From positions 80,771-144,770 of the forward strand of contig JAFODP010000015.1 of assembly GCA_017380635.1 (NCBI GenBank): a DNA stretch of 64,000 nucleotides, in the 5' to 3' direction. The notes below the pieces were generated by a model. That model worked only from the letters and a program-made list of their open reading frames with translations. It searched no databases and was not told where the DNA came from. The DNA comes from Bacteroidales bacterium (lineage in GTDB: Bacteria; Bacteroidota; Bacteroidia; Bacteroidales; UBA1402). A program made the position numbers and the translations under genes. Shown piece after piece: positions 1-8,497 of this stretch; the first letter of the stretch is position 1; each line of letters starts with the position of its first letter.

Positions 1-1
1 T

Positions 2-661
2 ATCGCCAACGCAATGTACAATTCATTGCAGAACTCAGCTCAGCTTACCCACCACTTGGGCGCCGATGCCCGTCGTTTGCAGGCATTGCGCAAGAAAGCC
101 AAGAAGGCTTACGAAGAAGGCCGCATCAAGGCCAACGTTACCATCAACGATTTGGTTTGCTTTGCCGTAGTGAAGGCTTTGCAGAAATTCCCCAATGTCA
201 ACTCACACTGCTTGGGCGACGCTATGCGTCTGTTTGAAAAAGTTCACCTCGGTCTGGCTGTCGATACCGAACGCGGCTTGATGGTGCCCGCCGTAAAGAA
301 TGCCGACGATTTGTCTATCATCGGTTTGAGCAACCAACTCAAGAAAGTGGCCGAAGATTGCAAGAAGGGTTGCATCAATCCCGACTTGTTGTCGTCGCAG
401 GCTGCTTCATTCACCGTAAGCAACTTGGGCAACTACGGCGTAGAAGTGTTTACTCCTATCATCAACGTGCCTCAGAGCGCTATCTTGGGTGTGAACACCA
501 TCGTGCCTCGTCCCAAGGATCTGGGCGGCGGTGTATATGGTTTCGTTCCTTACATCGGCTTGAGCCTTACCTATGACCATCGTGCTTTGGACGGCGGTGA
601 AGCGACTCGTTTCTTGAAACAAATCGCTATCGAAATCGAAAACTTGGATATTGAATTTTAA
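2..661 (+). CDS. Dihydrolipoamide acyltransferase (E2) of a 2-oxoacid/acetoin dehydrogenase complex, C-terminal catalytic domain (5'-truncated by the window edge)
   Basis: Motifs GLMVP, FTVSNLG, PIINVPQSAILG and the catalytic LSLTYDHRALDG. The frame is open from the window edge. Confidence 0.93.
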   Translation: MANAMYNSLQNSAQLTHHLGADARRLQALRKKAKKAYEEGRIKANVTINDLVCFAVVKALQKFPNVNSHCLGDAMRLFEKVHLGLAVDTERGLMVPAVKNADDLSIIGLSNQLKKVAEDCKKGCINPDLLSSQAASFTVSNLGNYGVEVFTPIINVPQSAILGVNTIVPRPKDLGGGVYGFVPYIGLSLTYDHRALDGGEATRFLKQIAIEIENLDIEF

Positions 662-672
662 AACATAGAACG

Positions 673-2031
673 ATGTTTGATGTAGCAATCATTGGTGGCG
701 GCCCTGGTGGATATGTGGCAGCCGAAAGAGCAGGCGCAGCCGGTTTGTCTGTGGTGCTTTTCGAAAAAAGAGAATTGGGTGGCGTTTGTCTGAATGAAGG
801 TTGTATCCCAACCAAAACCCTTTTGTACAGCGCTAAAGTATATAATTACGCTTTGCACGGCGAACAATACGGTGTCAGCGTGGAAAATCCCGTTTTCGAC
901 TATGGCAAGATTGTCGATCGCAAAGATAAAGTGGTGAAGAAATTGGTGGGCGGCGTAAAAGCTGCCATGAAGGCTTACAAGGTGAAAGTGGTGGCTGCTC
1001 CTGCTACCATCGAAGGCCGCAGTGCCGAAGGTATCAGCTTGAGCGCCAATGGCGAAACTTATGTGGCCAAGAACTTGCTCATTTGCTCGGGTTCCGAAGC
1101 TTTCGTTCCCCCGATTCCAGGATTGCAGGAAGCCGGCGATGTTATCGTTACCAACCGCGAAATCCTTTCTTTGCGTGAACAACCCAAGGAATTGGTGGTG
1201 ATCGGTGGTGGCGTTATCGGTATGGAATTCGCTTCTTTCTTCAACAATTTGGGCACCAAAGTAACCGTTATCGAAATGTTGCCCGAAATCTTGGGTGGCT
1301 TGGACGGCGAAATTTCTGCCATGTTGCGTGCCATGTATGCCAAGAAAGGCATTGCTTTCAACTTGCGTTGCAAAGTGGTGGGCATCGAAGGTAATACCGT
1401 GGTGTACGAAGATCCCGAAGGCAAGACCCAGCGCGTGAGCGGCGACAAGATTTTGGTGTCTGTGGGCCGTCGTGCCAACATCAAAGGTTTGGGCTTGGAA
1501 AATATCGGTGTGGAAGCTGAACGCGGCATCAAGGTGGACGACTGTATGCGCACCAATGTTCCCAATGTCTACGCTGCCGGCGACGTTACCGGTTTCTCTT
1601 TGTTGGCTCACACGGCTTCTCGCGAAGGTGAAGTGGCTATCAACAATATTTTGGGCAAGAACGACCGCATGCGTTACGATGCTATTCCCGGCGTGGTGTA
1701 CACCAATCCTGAAGTGGCCGGCGTAGGTCTGACCGAAGAACAAGCTAAGGCTAAGAATATCGATTTCACCGTTTTGAAATTGCCTATGGCTTACTCTGGT
1801 CGTTTCGTGGCCGAAAACGAAGGCGGCGAAGGTATCTGCAAAATCATCGTTGGTAAGAAATATCACGAAGTGTTGGGTGTTCACATGTTGGGTAATCCTT
1901 GTAGCGAAATCATCCAAAGCGCGTGCATCGCCATCGAACAGGAAATGACCGTGGAACAACTCAAAGAAGTGGTATTCCCGCATCCTACCGTAGGTGAAAT
2001 TATCAAGGAAACAGCTTTCAGCATGCATTGA
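673..2031 (+). CDS. lpdA: Dihydrolipoyl dehydrogenase (E3)
   Basis: FAD-binding GGGPGG, redox disulfide GGVCLNEGCIP, NAD-binding GGGVIG and C-terminal HPTVGE. Confidence 0.96.
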   Translation: MFDVAIIGGGPGGYVAAERAGAAGLSVVLFEKRELGGVCLNEGCIPTKTLLYSAKVYNYALHGEQYGVSVENPVFDYGKIVDRKDKVVKKLVGGVKAAMKAYKVKVVAAPATIEGRSAEGISLSANGETYVAKNLLICSGSEAFVPPIPGLQEAGDVIVTNREILSLREQPKELVVIGGGVIGMEFASFFNNLGTKVTVIEMLPEILGGLDGEISAMLRAMYAKKGIAFNLRCKVVGIEGNTVVYEDPEGKTQRVSGDKILVSVGRRANIKGLGLENIGVEAERGIKVDDCMRTNVPNVYAAGDVTGFSLLAHTASREGEVAINNILGKNDRMRYDAIPGVVYTNPEVAGVGLTEEQAKAKNIDFTVLKLPMAYSGRFVAENEGGEGICKIIVGKKYHEVLGVHMLGNPCSEIIQSACIAIEQEMTVEQLKEVVFPHPTVGEIIKETAFSMH

Positions 2032-2082
2032 GATGCACTGACAAAAAATATGGACGAAATAATCATTTAAAATTATAGCATT

Positions 2083-4560
2083 ATGCCAAAATCAATTTTT
2101 ATCGATCCCAAAGAGGTTCGCAAAGCTGGCGAGATTAAAATCGCTCCTATTCCTGTGATGCAGTACAACAAGAGCATCAAGGACGAAATGAAAGAAGGCA
2201 ACTTCACCAAAGAAGATTTGTTGCGCATCTATCGCGATATGTTCTATATCCGCGAATTTGAAACCATGCTCAACTTGGTGAAAACCACCGGTGCTTACAA
2301 TGGTGTGGCTTACAACAACCCTGGTCCTGCTCACCTTTCTGCCGGTCAGGAAGCTGCTGCTGTAGGTATGGCTTACAACCTCGATACCGACGACTTTATT
2401 TTCGGTTCACACCGTAGCCATGGCGAAATCTTGGCCAAAGGTTTGCGTTCTATCCAATTGCTCAGCGACGAAGATTTGACCAAGGTGATGGAAGAATTCT
2501 GGGGTGGTGCTACTTTGAACGTGGCCAAGAAAGGTTACGAAGGTAACAATACCAAAGAATTGGGTATCCGTTTCTTGCTTTACGGAGCTATCGCTGAAAT
2601 CTTTGCTCGCGAAACCGGTTTCAACAAAGGTTTGGGTGGTTCTATGCACACTTTCTTCACTCCTTTCGGTATCTATCCCAACAACGCTATCGTAGGTGGT
2701 TCGGGTAGTATTTCTGTAGGTGCTGCTTTGTACAAGAAAGTAAACCGCAAGAAAGGTATCGTAGTATGTAACATCGGTGACGGTTCTTTGGCTCGCGGTC
2801 CGGTGTTGGAAGGTATGACTTTTGCTTCTATGGACCAGTTCCACACCATGTGGGAAGGCGATATGAAGGGTGGTCTGCCCGTATTGTTCAACGTAATGGA
2901 CAACCAATATGCCATGGGTGGTCAGACTCGTGGTGAAACCATGGGTTACGATATGGCTGCTCGTTTGGGTGCCGGTTTCAACGTAGACGCTATGCACGCT
3001 GAACGCGTTGACGGTTACGATCCTTTGGCAGTTATCGATGCTTTCCGTCGCAAGAAAGCTTTGTTGCTCGACAAGAAAGGTCCCGCTTTGCTCGACGTGG
3101 TTACTTATCGTTATTCAGGTCACTCTCCTTCAGACCAATCATCTTATCGTACCAAGGAAGAAATCGAATTGTGGATGCAGGAAGACTGTATCGTAGCTTA
3201 CGGCGAAAAACTGAAAGAAGCCGGTTTGGCTGTTGATGCCGACTTGGAAGCTATGCAGGCCGAAGTGAAGAACAATATGTTCGAAATGTACAAACTCGCC
3301 ATCGACGACGAATTGTCGCCCCGTATGGATTTGAGCAAGAATACCGAACTCTTGGGCGAAATGATGTTCTCTAACGAAAGTGTAGATGCTATGAACACCG
3401 CTAAGCCCGACGTTTATATGCCTATCGAAGAATGTCCTCGCGTTAAGAAGATTGCCGCTAAGACCCGTTTCTACAAGGATGCCGATGGCAAACCCGTCAG
3501 CAAGATGAAGATGTACAACATCAAGGACGGTATCTTCGAAGCTATGATCGATCGTTTCTACAAAGATGCTTCTTTGGTGGCTTATGGTGAAGAAAACCGT
3601 GAATGGGGTGGTGCTTTCGCTGTATATCAAGGTATGACCGAAACTTTGCCTCCTCATCGTTTGTTCAACTCGCCCATTGCCGAAGCAGCTATCATCGGTA
3701 CCGCTATCGGATATGCTATGTGTGGTGGTCGTGTGGTTCCCGAAATCATGTATTGCGACTTCCTCGGTTGCTGCGGCGACGAAATCTTCAACCAATTGCC
3801 CAAGTGGCAGGCTATGTCGGGTAACATCCTGAAAATGCCTGTAGTGGTTCGCGTTTCTGTAGGTTCTAAATATGGTGCTCAGCACTCACAAGACTGGACC
3901 GGTCTGTGTGCCCACATCCCCGGTTTGAAGGTGGTATTCCCCGTTACTCCTTACGATGCCAAGGGTTTGATGAACGCAGCTTTGCAAGGCACCGACCCCG
4001 TTATCTTCTTCGAAAGTCAACGTATTTACGACAAGGGTGAAGAATTCCATACCGAAGGTGTTCCTGCTGAATATTACGAAATTCCTATCGGTGAACCCGA
4101 TATCAAGCGTGCCGGTAAGGATGTTACTTTCCTCACCATCGGTGCTACTTTGTATCGTGCTTTGGAAGCTGCCGATATGTTGAAAGAAAAATATGGTATG
4201 GAAGCCGAAGTGATCGATGCTCGTTCTATGGTTCCTTTCAACTACGATAAAGTGATTGAATCTGTGAAGAAGACCGGTCGTATCATCATTGCCGGTGACG
4301 CTTCTGCCCGTGGTTCATTCTTGAACGACTTGGCTGCCAACATCACCGACCTTTGCTTCGATTATTTGGATGCAGCTCCCGTGGTACTTGGTTCACGCAA
4401 CTGGATCACGCCTTGTCACGAATTGGAAGAATACTTCTTCCCGCAACCCGCATGGTTCCTGGATGCTATCCACGAAAAGATGATGCCTCTGAAGGACTAT
4501 GTTCCTACTGCAAACCTTACTTGTGCTCAACAAGTTATCCGTGCTAAGAAAGGTATCTAA
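2083..4560 (+). CDS. Fused E1 alpha/beta TPP-dependent 2-oxoacid/acetoin-type dehydrogenase
   Basis: Alpha part has HLSAGQEA, the TPP motif GDG...N and YRYSGHSPSD. Beta part has FNSPIAEAAIIG, GAQHSQ and PGLKVV. 825 aa. Confidence 0.92.
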   Translation: MPKSIFIDPKEVRKAGEIKIAPIPVMQYNKSIKDEMKEGNFTKEDLLRIYRDMFYIREFETMLNLVKTTGAYNGVAYNNPGPAHLSAGQEAAAVGMAYNLDTDDFIFGSHRSHGEILAKGLRSIQLLSDEDLTKVMEEFWGGATLNVAKKGYEGNNTKELGIRFLLYGAIAEIFARETGFNKGLGGSMHTFFTPFGIYPNNAIVGGSGSISVGAALYKKVNRKKGIVVCNIGDGSLARGPVLEGMTFASMDQFHTMWEGDMKGGLPVLFNVMDNQYAMGGQTRGETMGYDMAARLGAGFNVDAMHAERVDGYDPLAVIDAFRRKKALLLDKKGPALLDVVTYRYSGHSPSDQSSYRTKEEIELWMQEDCIVAYGEKLKEAGLAVDADLEAMQAEVKNNMFEMYKLAIDDELSPRMDLSKNTELLGEMMFSNESVDAMNTAKPDVYMPIEECPRVKKIAAKTRFYKDADGKPVSKMKMYNIKDGIFEAMIDRFYKDASLVAYGEENREWGGAFAVYQGMTETLPPHRLFNSPIAEAAIIGTAIGYAMCGGRVVPEIMYCDFLGCCGDEIFNQLPKWQAMSGNILKMPVVVRVSVGSKYGAQHSQDWTGLCAHIPGLKVVFPVTPYDAKGLMNAALQGTDPVIFFESQRIYDKGEEFHTEGVPAEYYEIPIGEPDIKRAGKDVTFLTIGATLYRALEAADMLKEKYGMEAEVIDARSMVPFNYDKVIESVKKTGRIIIAGDASARGSFLNDLAANITDLCFDYLDAAPVVLGSRNWITPCHELEEYFFPQPAWFLDAIHEKMMPLKDYVPTANLTCAQQVIRAKKGI

Positions 4561-4572
4561 TCGTTCTTGACA

Positions 4573-5727
4573 ATGGAAACAGTAAAAGTAAACGCACACT
4601 TGCATACGCCTTATTCGTTTAGCGCTTTTTCAGGAATTGACGAAGCGCTGGACAAGGCGCTTGCCGAAGGTGTAAAGGTAGTGGGAATCAATGATTTCTA
4701 TTCTACCGAAGGTTATGAAGCTTGGAACGAAGGTTGCCGCAAACGTCATTTGTATCCCTTGTTCAATATCGAATTTATTTCTTTGAACGAAGAAGATCAG
4801 AAGGCCGGTTTGCGCGTGAACGACCCCGGTAATCCCGGACGTACTTATCTCAGCGGTAAAGGTTTGACTTGTCCTTTGAGTTTGGGTGAACCCTACGCCA
4901 CTCAGTTGGCCGATGTTCGCGCCGAAGCTAATGCGCAGGTGCAAGCCATGTGTGCCAAACTGAACGAACATTTGGCTGCCAACGAAGCTGGTTTCCAATT
5001 GGATTATCAGTGGATTTGTGATACGCTCACCAAGGGAAGCATCCGCGAACGTCATTTGGCCAAAGCGCTCAGAATGAAGGTATACGAAAACACAGCCAAT
5101 GCCGAAGAAGCCAAGGCTTTGTTGGAAAAACTTTTTGGTGGCAAGGCTTTGAAGTCTGCTATCGAAAACGAAGCGGCTGTTGAAAATGAGATTCGTGGTA
5201 ATTTGCTCAAGGCCGGCGGCGCTGCTTTCGTGCCCGAAGATCCTAAGGCTTTCTTGCCCATGAAGACCGTTTGCGATATCATTTTGGCTGCCGGCGGTAT
5301 TCCCACATATCCTTTCCTGGCCGACGATGCCAAAGGTGGCTACACCGATTTCGAAGGCGATTTGGAAAAAGTGGCCAAGGTTTTGCGCGAACGTGGCTTC
5401 TATTCAGTGGAATTCATCACCACCCGCAACGATGTTCAATTGCTCGAAAAATATGCTTCATATCTGCACGAACAAGGCTTCGTGGTAACTTTGGGTAGCG
5501 AACATAATACCCCTGCCATGGAACCTGTTGAACTCTTTGCCCGCGGTGGCGCTCCTCTGAGCGAACGTCTGTTGCAAATCAACTACGAAGGCGCTTGCGT
5601 GGTGGCTGCTCATCAGCATTTGGTAAAACAAGGCTTGCAAGGTTATGTGGATGCCAATGGAGTGGCTGCTGTAGATAAACGTGACGAATATATTGCACTT
5701 GGTGCACAATTAATTGCTAGTGTATGA
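4573..5727 (+). CDS. PHP-fold metal-dependent hydrolase of unknown function
   Basis: N-terminal HLHTPYS, GINDF, IEF and C-terminal GSEHN, typical of PHP metal ligands. The ATG at 4573 is preferred over the TTG at 4567. Confidence 0.8.
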   Translation: METVKVNAHLHTPYSFSAFSGIDEALDKALAEGVKVVGINDFYSTEGYEAWNEGCRKRHLYPLFNIEFISLNEEDQKAGLRVNDPGNPGRTYLSGKGLTCPLSLGEPYATQLADVRAEANAQVQAMCAKLNEHLAANEAGFQLDYQWICDTLTKGSIRERHLAKALRMKVYENTANAEEAKALLEKLFGGKALKSAIENEAAVENEIRGNLLKAGGAAFVPEDPKAFLPMKTVCDIILAAGGIPTYPFLADDAKGGYTDFEGDLEKVAKVLRERGFYSVEFITTRNDVQLLEKYASYLHEQGFVVTLGSEHNTPAMEPVELFARGGAPLSERLLQINYEGACVVAAHQHLVKQGLQGYVDANGVAAVDKRDEYIALGAQLIASV

Positions 5728-7733
5728 ACGGAGTACAAGATTTGATTAATATTTCTCAGTATTATGGGAAAGATAGCCGCTTTGTGATTGCAGGTGGCGG
5801 TAATACCTCATATAAAACAGCCGACAGACTTTGGGTGAAAGCTTCAGGTTCTGCTTTGGCCACCATCACCGAAGATGGTTTTGCCGTGCTCGATCGTCAG
5901 AAATTGCAGGTGTTGTCGGAAAGACAATACAGCGAAAATACGGCCGAACGCGAAGAACAGGTAAAGAACGATTTGGCTGCTGCTTGCATTTCGCAAGGCA
6001 AGCGTCCGTCGGTGGAAACTTCGATGCACAATGTTATCAACTATGCTTTCGTGGTGCATTTGCATCCCACGGCTGTGAATGGACTTATGTGTGCACAAAA
6101 TGCTGAAAGCGATTTGAAGCAACTCTTCGGCGAAAAGGCTTTGTATATTCCTTACACCGATCCCGGTTATGTCTTATTTAAAAAGGTAGAAGATTCTATC
6201 AAGGCTCATCGTGCTGCTTTTGGTGAAGAACCTTCTGTTATCTGGTTGCAGAATCATGGTATTTTTGTGGCTGCCGATAGCATCGAAGAAATTAAGACGC
6301 AATACGATGCTATTTTGGCCAAGTTGGAAGTGAAGCCGCTCCTTATCGAAGATCGCGACACTTGCTCTTGCACGGAACAGGTTTTGCCCGCTTTGCGTAT
6401 GATGTTGTGTCAGGAAGCTATTCAATTGGCCGGACAAACTTGCAGCGGTATCCGCAATCCTTATGCCGGTGCCAATCTGAAAGTGTTGAAAGTGCGCAAG
6501 AATTCTTTGGTGAAATCGTTCTACGACAGCGCTGAGGCTTACGCAAAAATCAGTCGTCCTTTCACGCCCGACGGCATTGTTTATTGCAAATCGAACTACA
6601 TTTATATCGATGCCGAAGAAAGCCAGGACAAGATTGCTCAGGCTCAGGAAGCTATTCCCGCTTTTGTGAAGAAATTTGGTTATCTGCCCAAGGTGATTCT
6701 TATCAAAGGTATTGGTTTGGTGGCTGTTGGCGATAATGCTGCTCAGTGCGACATCATCCTCGATGTATACGAAGATGCTATGAAGATTGCTGCTTTGGCC
6801 GAAAACTTTGGCGGTGCTCATCCTATGACTCAGGCTCAAATCGATTTCATCGACAACTGGGAAGTGGAAAATTATCGTCGTAGTGTGGCTGCCGGTGGCG
6901 CTTCTGGTCGTGCCGAAAACAAAACCATCGTGGTGACCGGTGCTGCTCAAGGCTTTGGCGAAGGTATTGCTCGTTGTCTTTTGCTCGAAGGTGCTAACAT
7001 CGTGGTGGCCGACCTTAACGAAGAAGTGGGACAAGCTACCGTGGTTCGTTTCAACGCTATGGTCAAGAGCAATCGTGCTATTTTCGTCAAGACCAATGTT
7101 TCTGATATTCCTAGCATTGAAAATCTTGTACATCAGACTATTTGCAATTTTGGTGCTATCGATGCTTTCATCAGCAATGCCGGCGTTTTGCGTGCCGGTG
7201 GTCTCGAAGATATGACGCCTGAAAACTTCGAATTCGTTACCAAAATCAACTACAATGCTTATTTCTATTGCGCTAAGGTGGTGAGCCGCGTGATGAAATT
7301 GCAGACCAAATATTCTGGCGAAGATTATTATGCCGACATCATCCAAGTGAACTCTAAATCTGGTTTGCGTGGTAGTAAGGCTAACTTTGCTTACGCCGGC
7401 GGTAAATTCGGCGGTATCGGTCTGACGCAGTCGTTTGCTTTGGAATTGGCTCCTTTCCGCGTGAAAGTGAACAGCATCTGCCCCGGTAACTTCTACGATG
7501 GACCGCTCTGGAGTAATCCTGAAAACGGTCTCTTCGTTCAGTATTTAAAGGCTGGTAAAGTGCCCGGTGCCAAGACCGTAGAAGATGTAAAAGAATTTTA
7601 TTTGGCTCAAGTGCCCATGCGTAAAGGCTGCTCTCCCGAAGATGTTTGCAAAGGTGCGCTCTATTTGATGGAGCAGCTCGGCGAGACTGGACAGGCTTTG
7701 CCTATCACTGGCGGCCAAGTCATGCTTAATTAA
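5724..7733 (+). CDS. Bifunctional class II aldolase/adducin-like domain fused to an SDR dehydrogenase (SrlD-like)
   Basis: N-terminus has GGGNTS, PSVETSMH, VHLHP and NHG. C-terminus has TGAAQGFG, NAG, NSKSG and YAGGK. Overlaps the PHP stop codon (ATGA), suggesting translational coupling. Confidence 0.88.
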   Translation: MNGVQDLINISQYYGKDSRFVIAGGGNTSYKTADRLWVKASGSALATITEDGFAVLDRQKLQVLSERQYSENTAEREEQVKNDLAAACISQGKRPSVETSMHNVINYAFVVHLHPTAVNGLMCAQNAESDLKQLFGEKALYIPYTDPGYVLFKKVEDSIKAHRAAFGEEPSVIWLQNHGIFVAADSIEEIKTQYDAILAKLEVKPLLIEDRDTCSCTEQVLPALRMMLCQEAIQLAGQTCSGIRNPYAGANLKVLKVRKNSLVKSFYDSAEAYAKISRPFTPDGIVYCKSNYIYIDAEESQDKIAQAQEAIPAFVKKFGYLPKVILIKGIGLVAVGDNAAQCDIILDVYEDAMKIAALAENFGGAHPMTQAQIDFIDNWEVENYRRSVAAGGASGRAENKTIVVTGAAQGFGEGIARCLLLEGANIVVADLNEEVGQATVVRFNAMVKSNRAIFVKTNVSDIPSIENLVHQTICNFGAIDAFISNAGVLRAGGLEDMTPENFEFVTKINYNAYFYCAKVVSRVMKLQTKYSGEDYYADIIQVNSKSGLRGSKANFAYAGGKFGGIGLTQSFALELAPFRVKVNSICPGNFYDGPLWSNPENGLFVQYLKAGKVPGAKTVEDVKEFYLAQVPMRKGCSPEDVCKGALYLMEQLGETGQALPITGGQVMLN

Positions 7734-7855
7734 GGTTGTGTCGCGGGGAATATGCGGCGCCCGCTTCGGCTCAAAGCTCGGTCATTTACGAGAGTAAACT
7801 CCCTTCGCTTTTCGCCTTGTAGCCACCACATATTCCCCGCGCTCCGACCTTAATT
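7728..7855. repeat. ERIC-like hairpin element, copy 1 (128 bp)
   Basis: 27-bp imperfect terminal inverted repeats (aattaaggttgtgtcgcggggaatatg / catattccccgcgctccgaccttaatt) around the core ggtcatttac-gaga-gtaaactccc. Confidence 0.75.
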
Positions 7856-7858
7856 TTT

Positions 7859-7978
7859 AAGATTGTAGAAGACCACTGCTGCGGCGCCCGCTTCGGCTCG
7901 ATCCTCGTTCACGTACTTGAAGTACGCTCCCGTCGTCCTCGCCTCGCGGCCACCATATCATGGGCCTTCTCCAATCTT
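7859..7978. repeat. ERIC-like hairpin element, copy 2 (120 bp)
   Basis: Terminal inverted repeats aagattgtagaagacc / ggccttctccaatctt. Shares gcggcgcccgcttcggctc with copy 1. Core is gttcacgtac-ttgaa-gtacgctccc. Confidence 0.72.
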
Positions 7979-8001
7979 GATTATTTCAAGGATTTCAACC
8001 T

Positions 8002-8328
8002 ATGAGTATTACTGAGAGAATAGTTTGTTTCTTGGCCGTGTGTCCTTGGGCCTTGATTTGGTTTTTGCTGGCTCGCTATCTGCGCCGCCATTCGCAACAA
8101 TCCGCCCAATACCTTATTATTTCGAGGGCTAAACTTGAAAATCTCGACGTTAAGAAAGTTGCCCGCTTTGTGTCTTCGGCTATGTTGGTCGGCTTGCCCT
8201 TTATTCTTCTAGCACCTTGGGCTTCAAGCACAAAGCTTTATTATCCGCTTCAGTTTGGGCTGCCGATTCTTTTCGTAATTATAGCCATTCTTTTTGTGTT
8301 TGTCTTCGACAAGCCCTTTCATAAGTGA
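8002..8328 (+). CDS. Small membrane protein with 3 hydrophobic segments (possibly DUF3784-like)
   Basis: 108-aa ORF with three hydrophobic stretches. The family guess is weak. Confidence 0.6.
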   Translation: MSITERIVCFLAVCPWALIWFLLARYLRRHSQQSAQYLIISRAKLENLDVKKVARFVSSAMLVGLPFILLAPWASSTKLYYPLQFGLPILFVIIAILFVFVFDKPFHK

Positions 8329-8497
8329 GACTTATTTGCGAGTCCGCTGCTCTCTGCGATGGAAATCATTCTGATATTGATGTAATTGTTCAACGCTCGG
8401 TAGAATCTGCGTTGCGGTATCTTCCAATAAATGCTATCTTTGCAGGCTTTTAATGGTTTGCAAGCCGGAACTTTCTGTTGTCAGAATATCTATCAAT

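Noticed and set aside
658-7346. Antisense ORFs opposite lpdA, E1 and the aldolase-SDR (e.g. 658-2028, 6174-7346)
   Set aside because: Mirror frames of strongly biased genes with no independent evidence.
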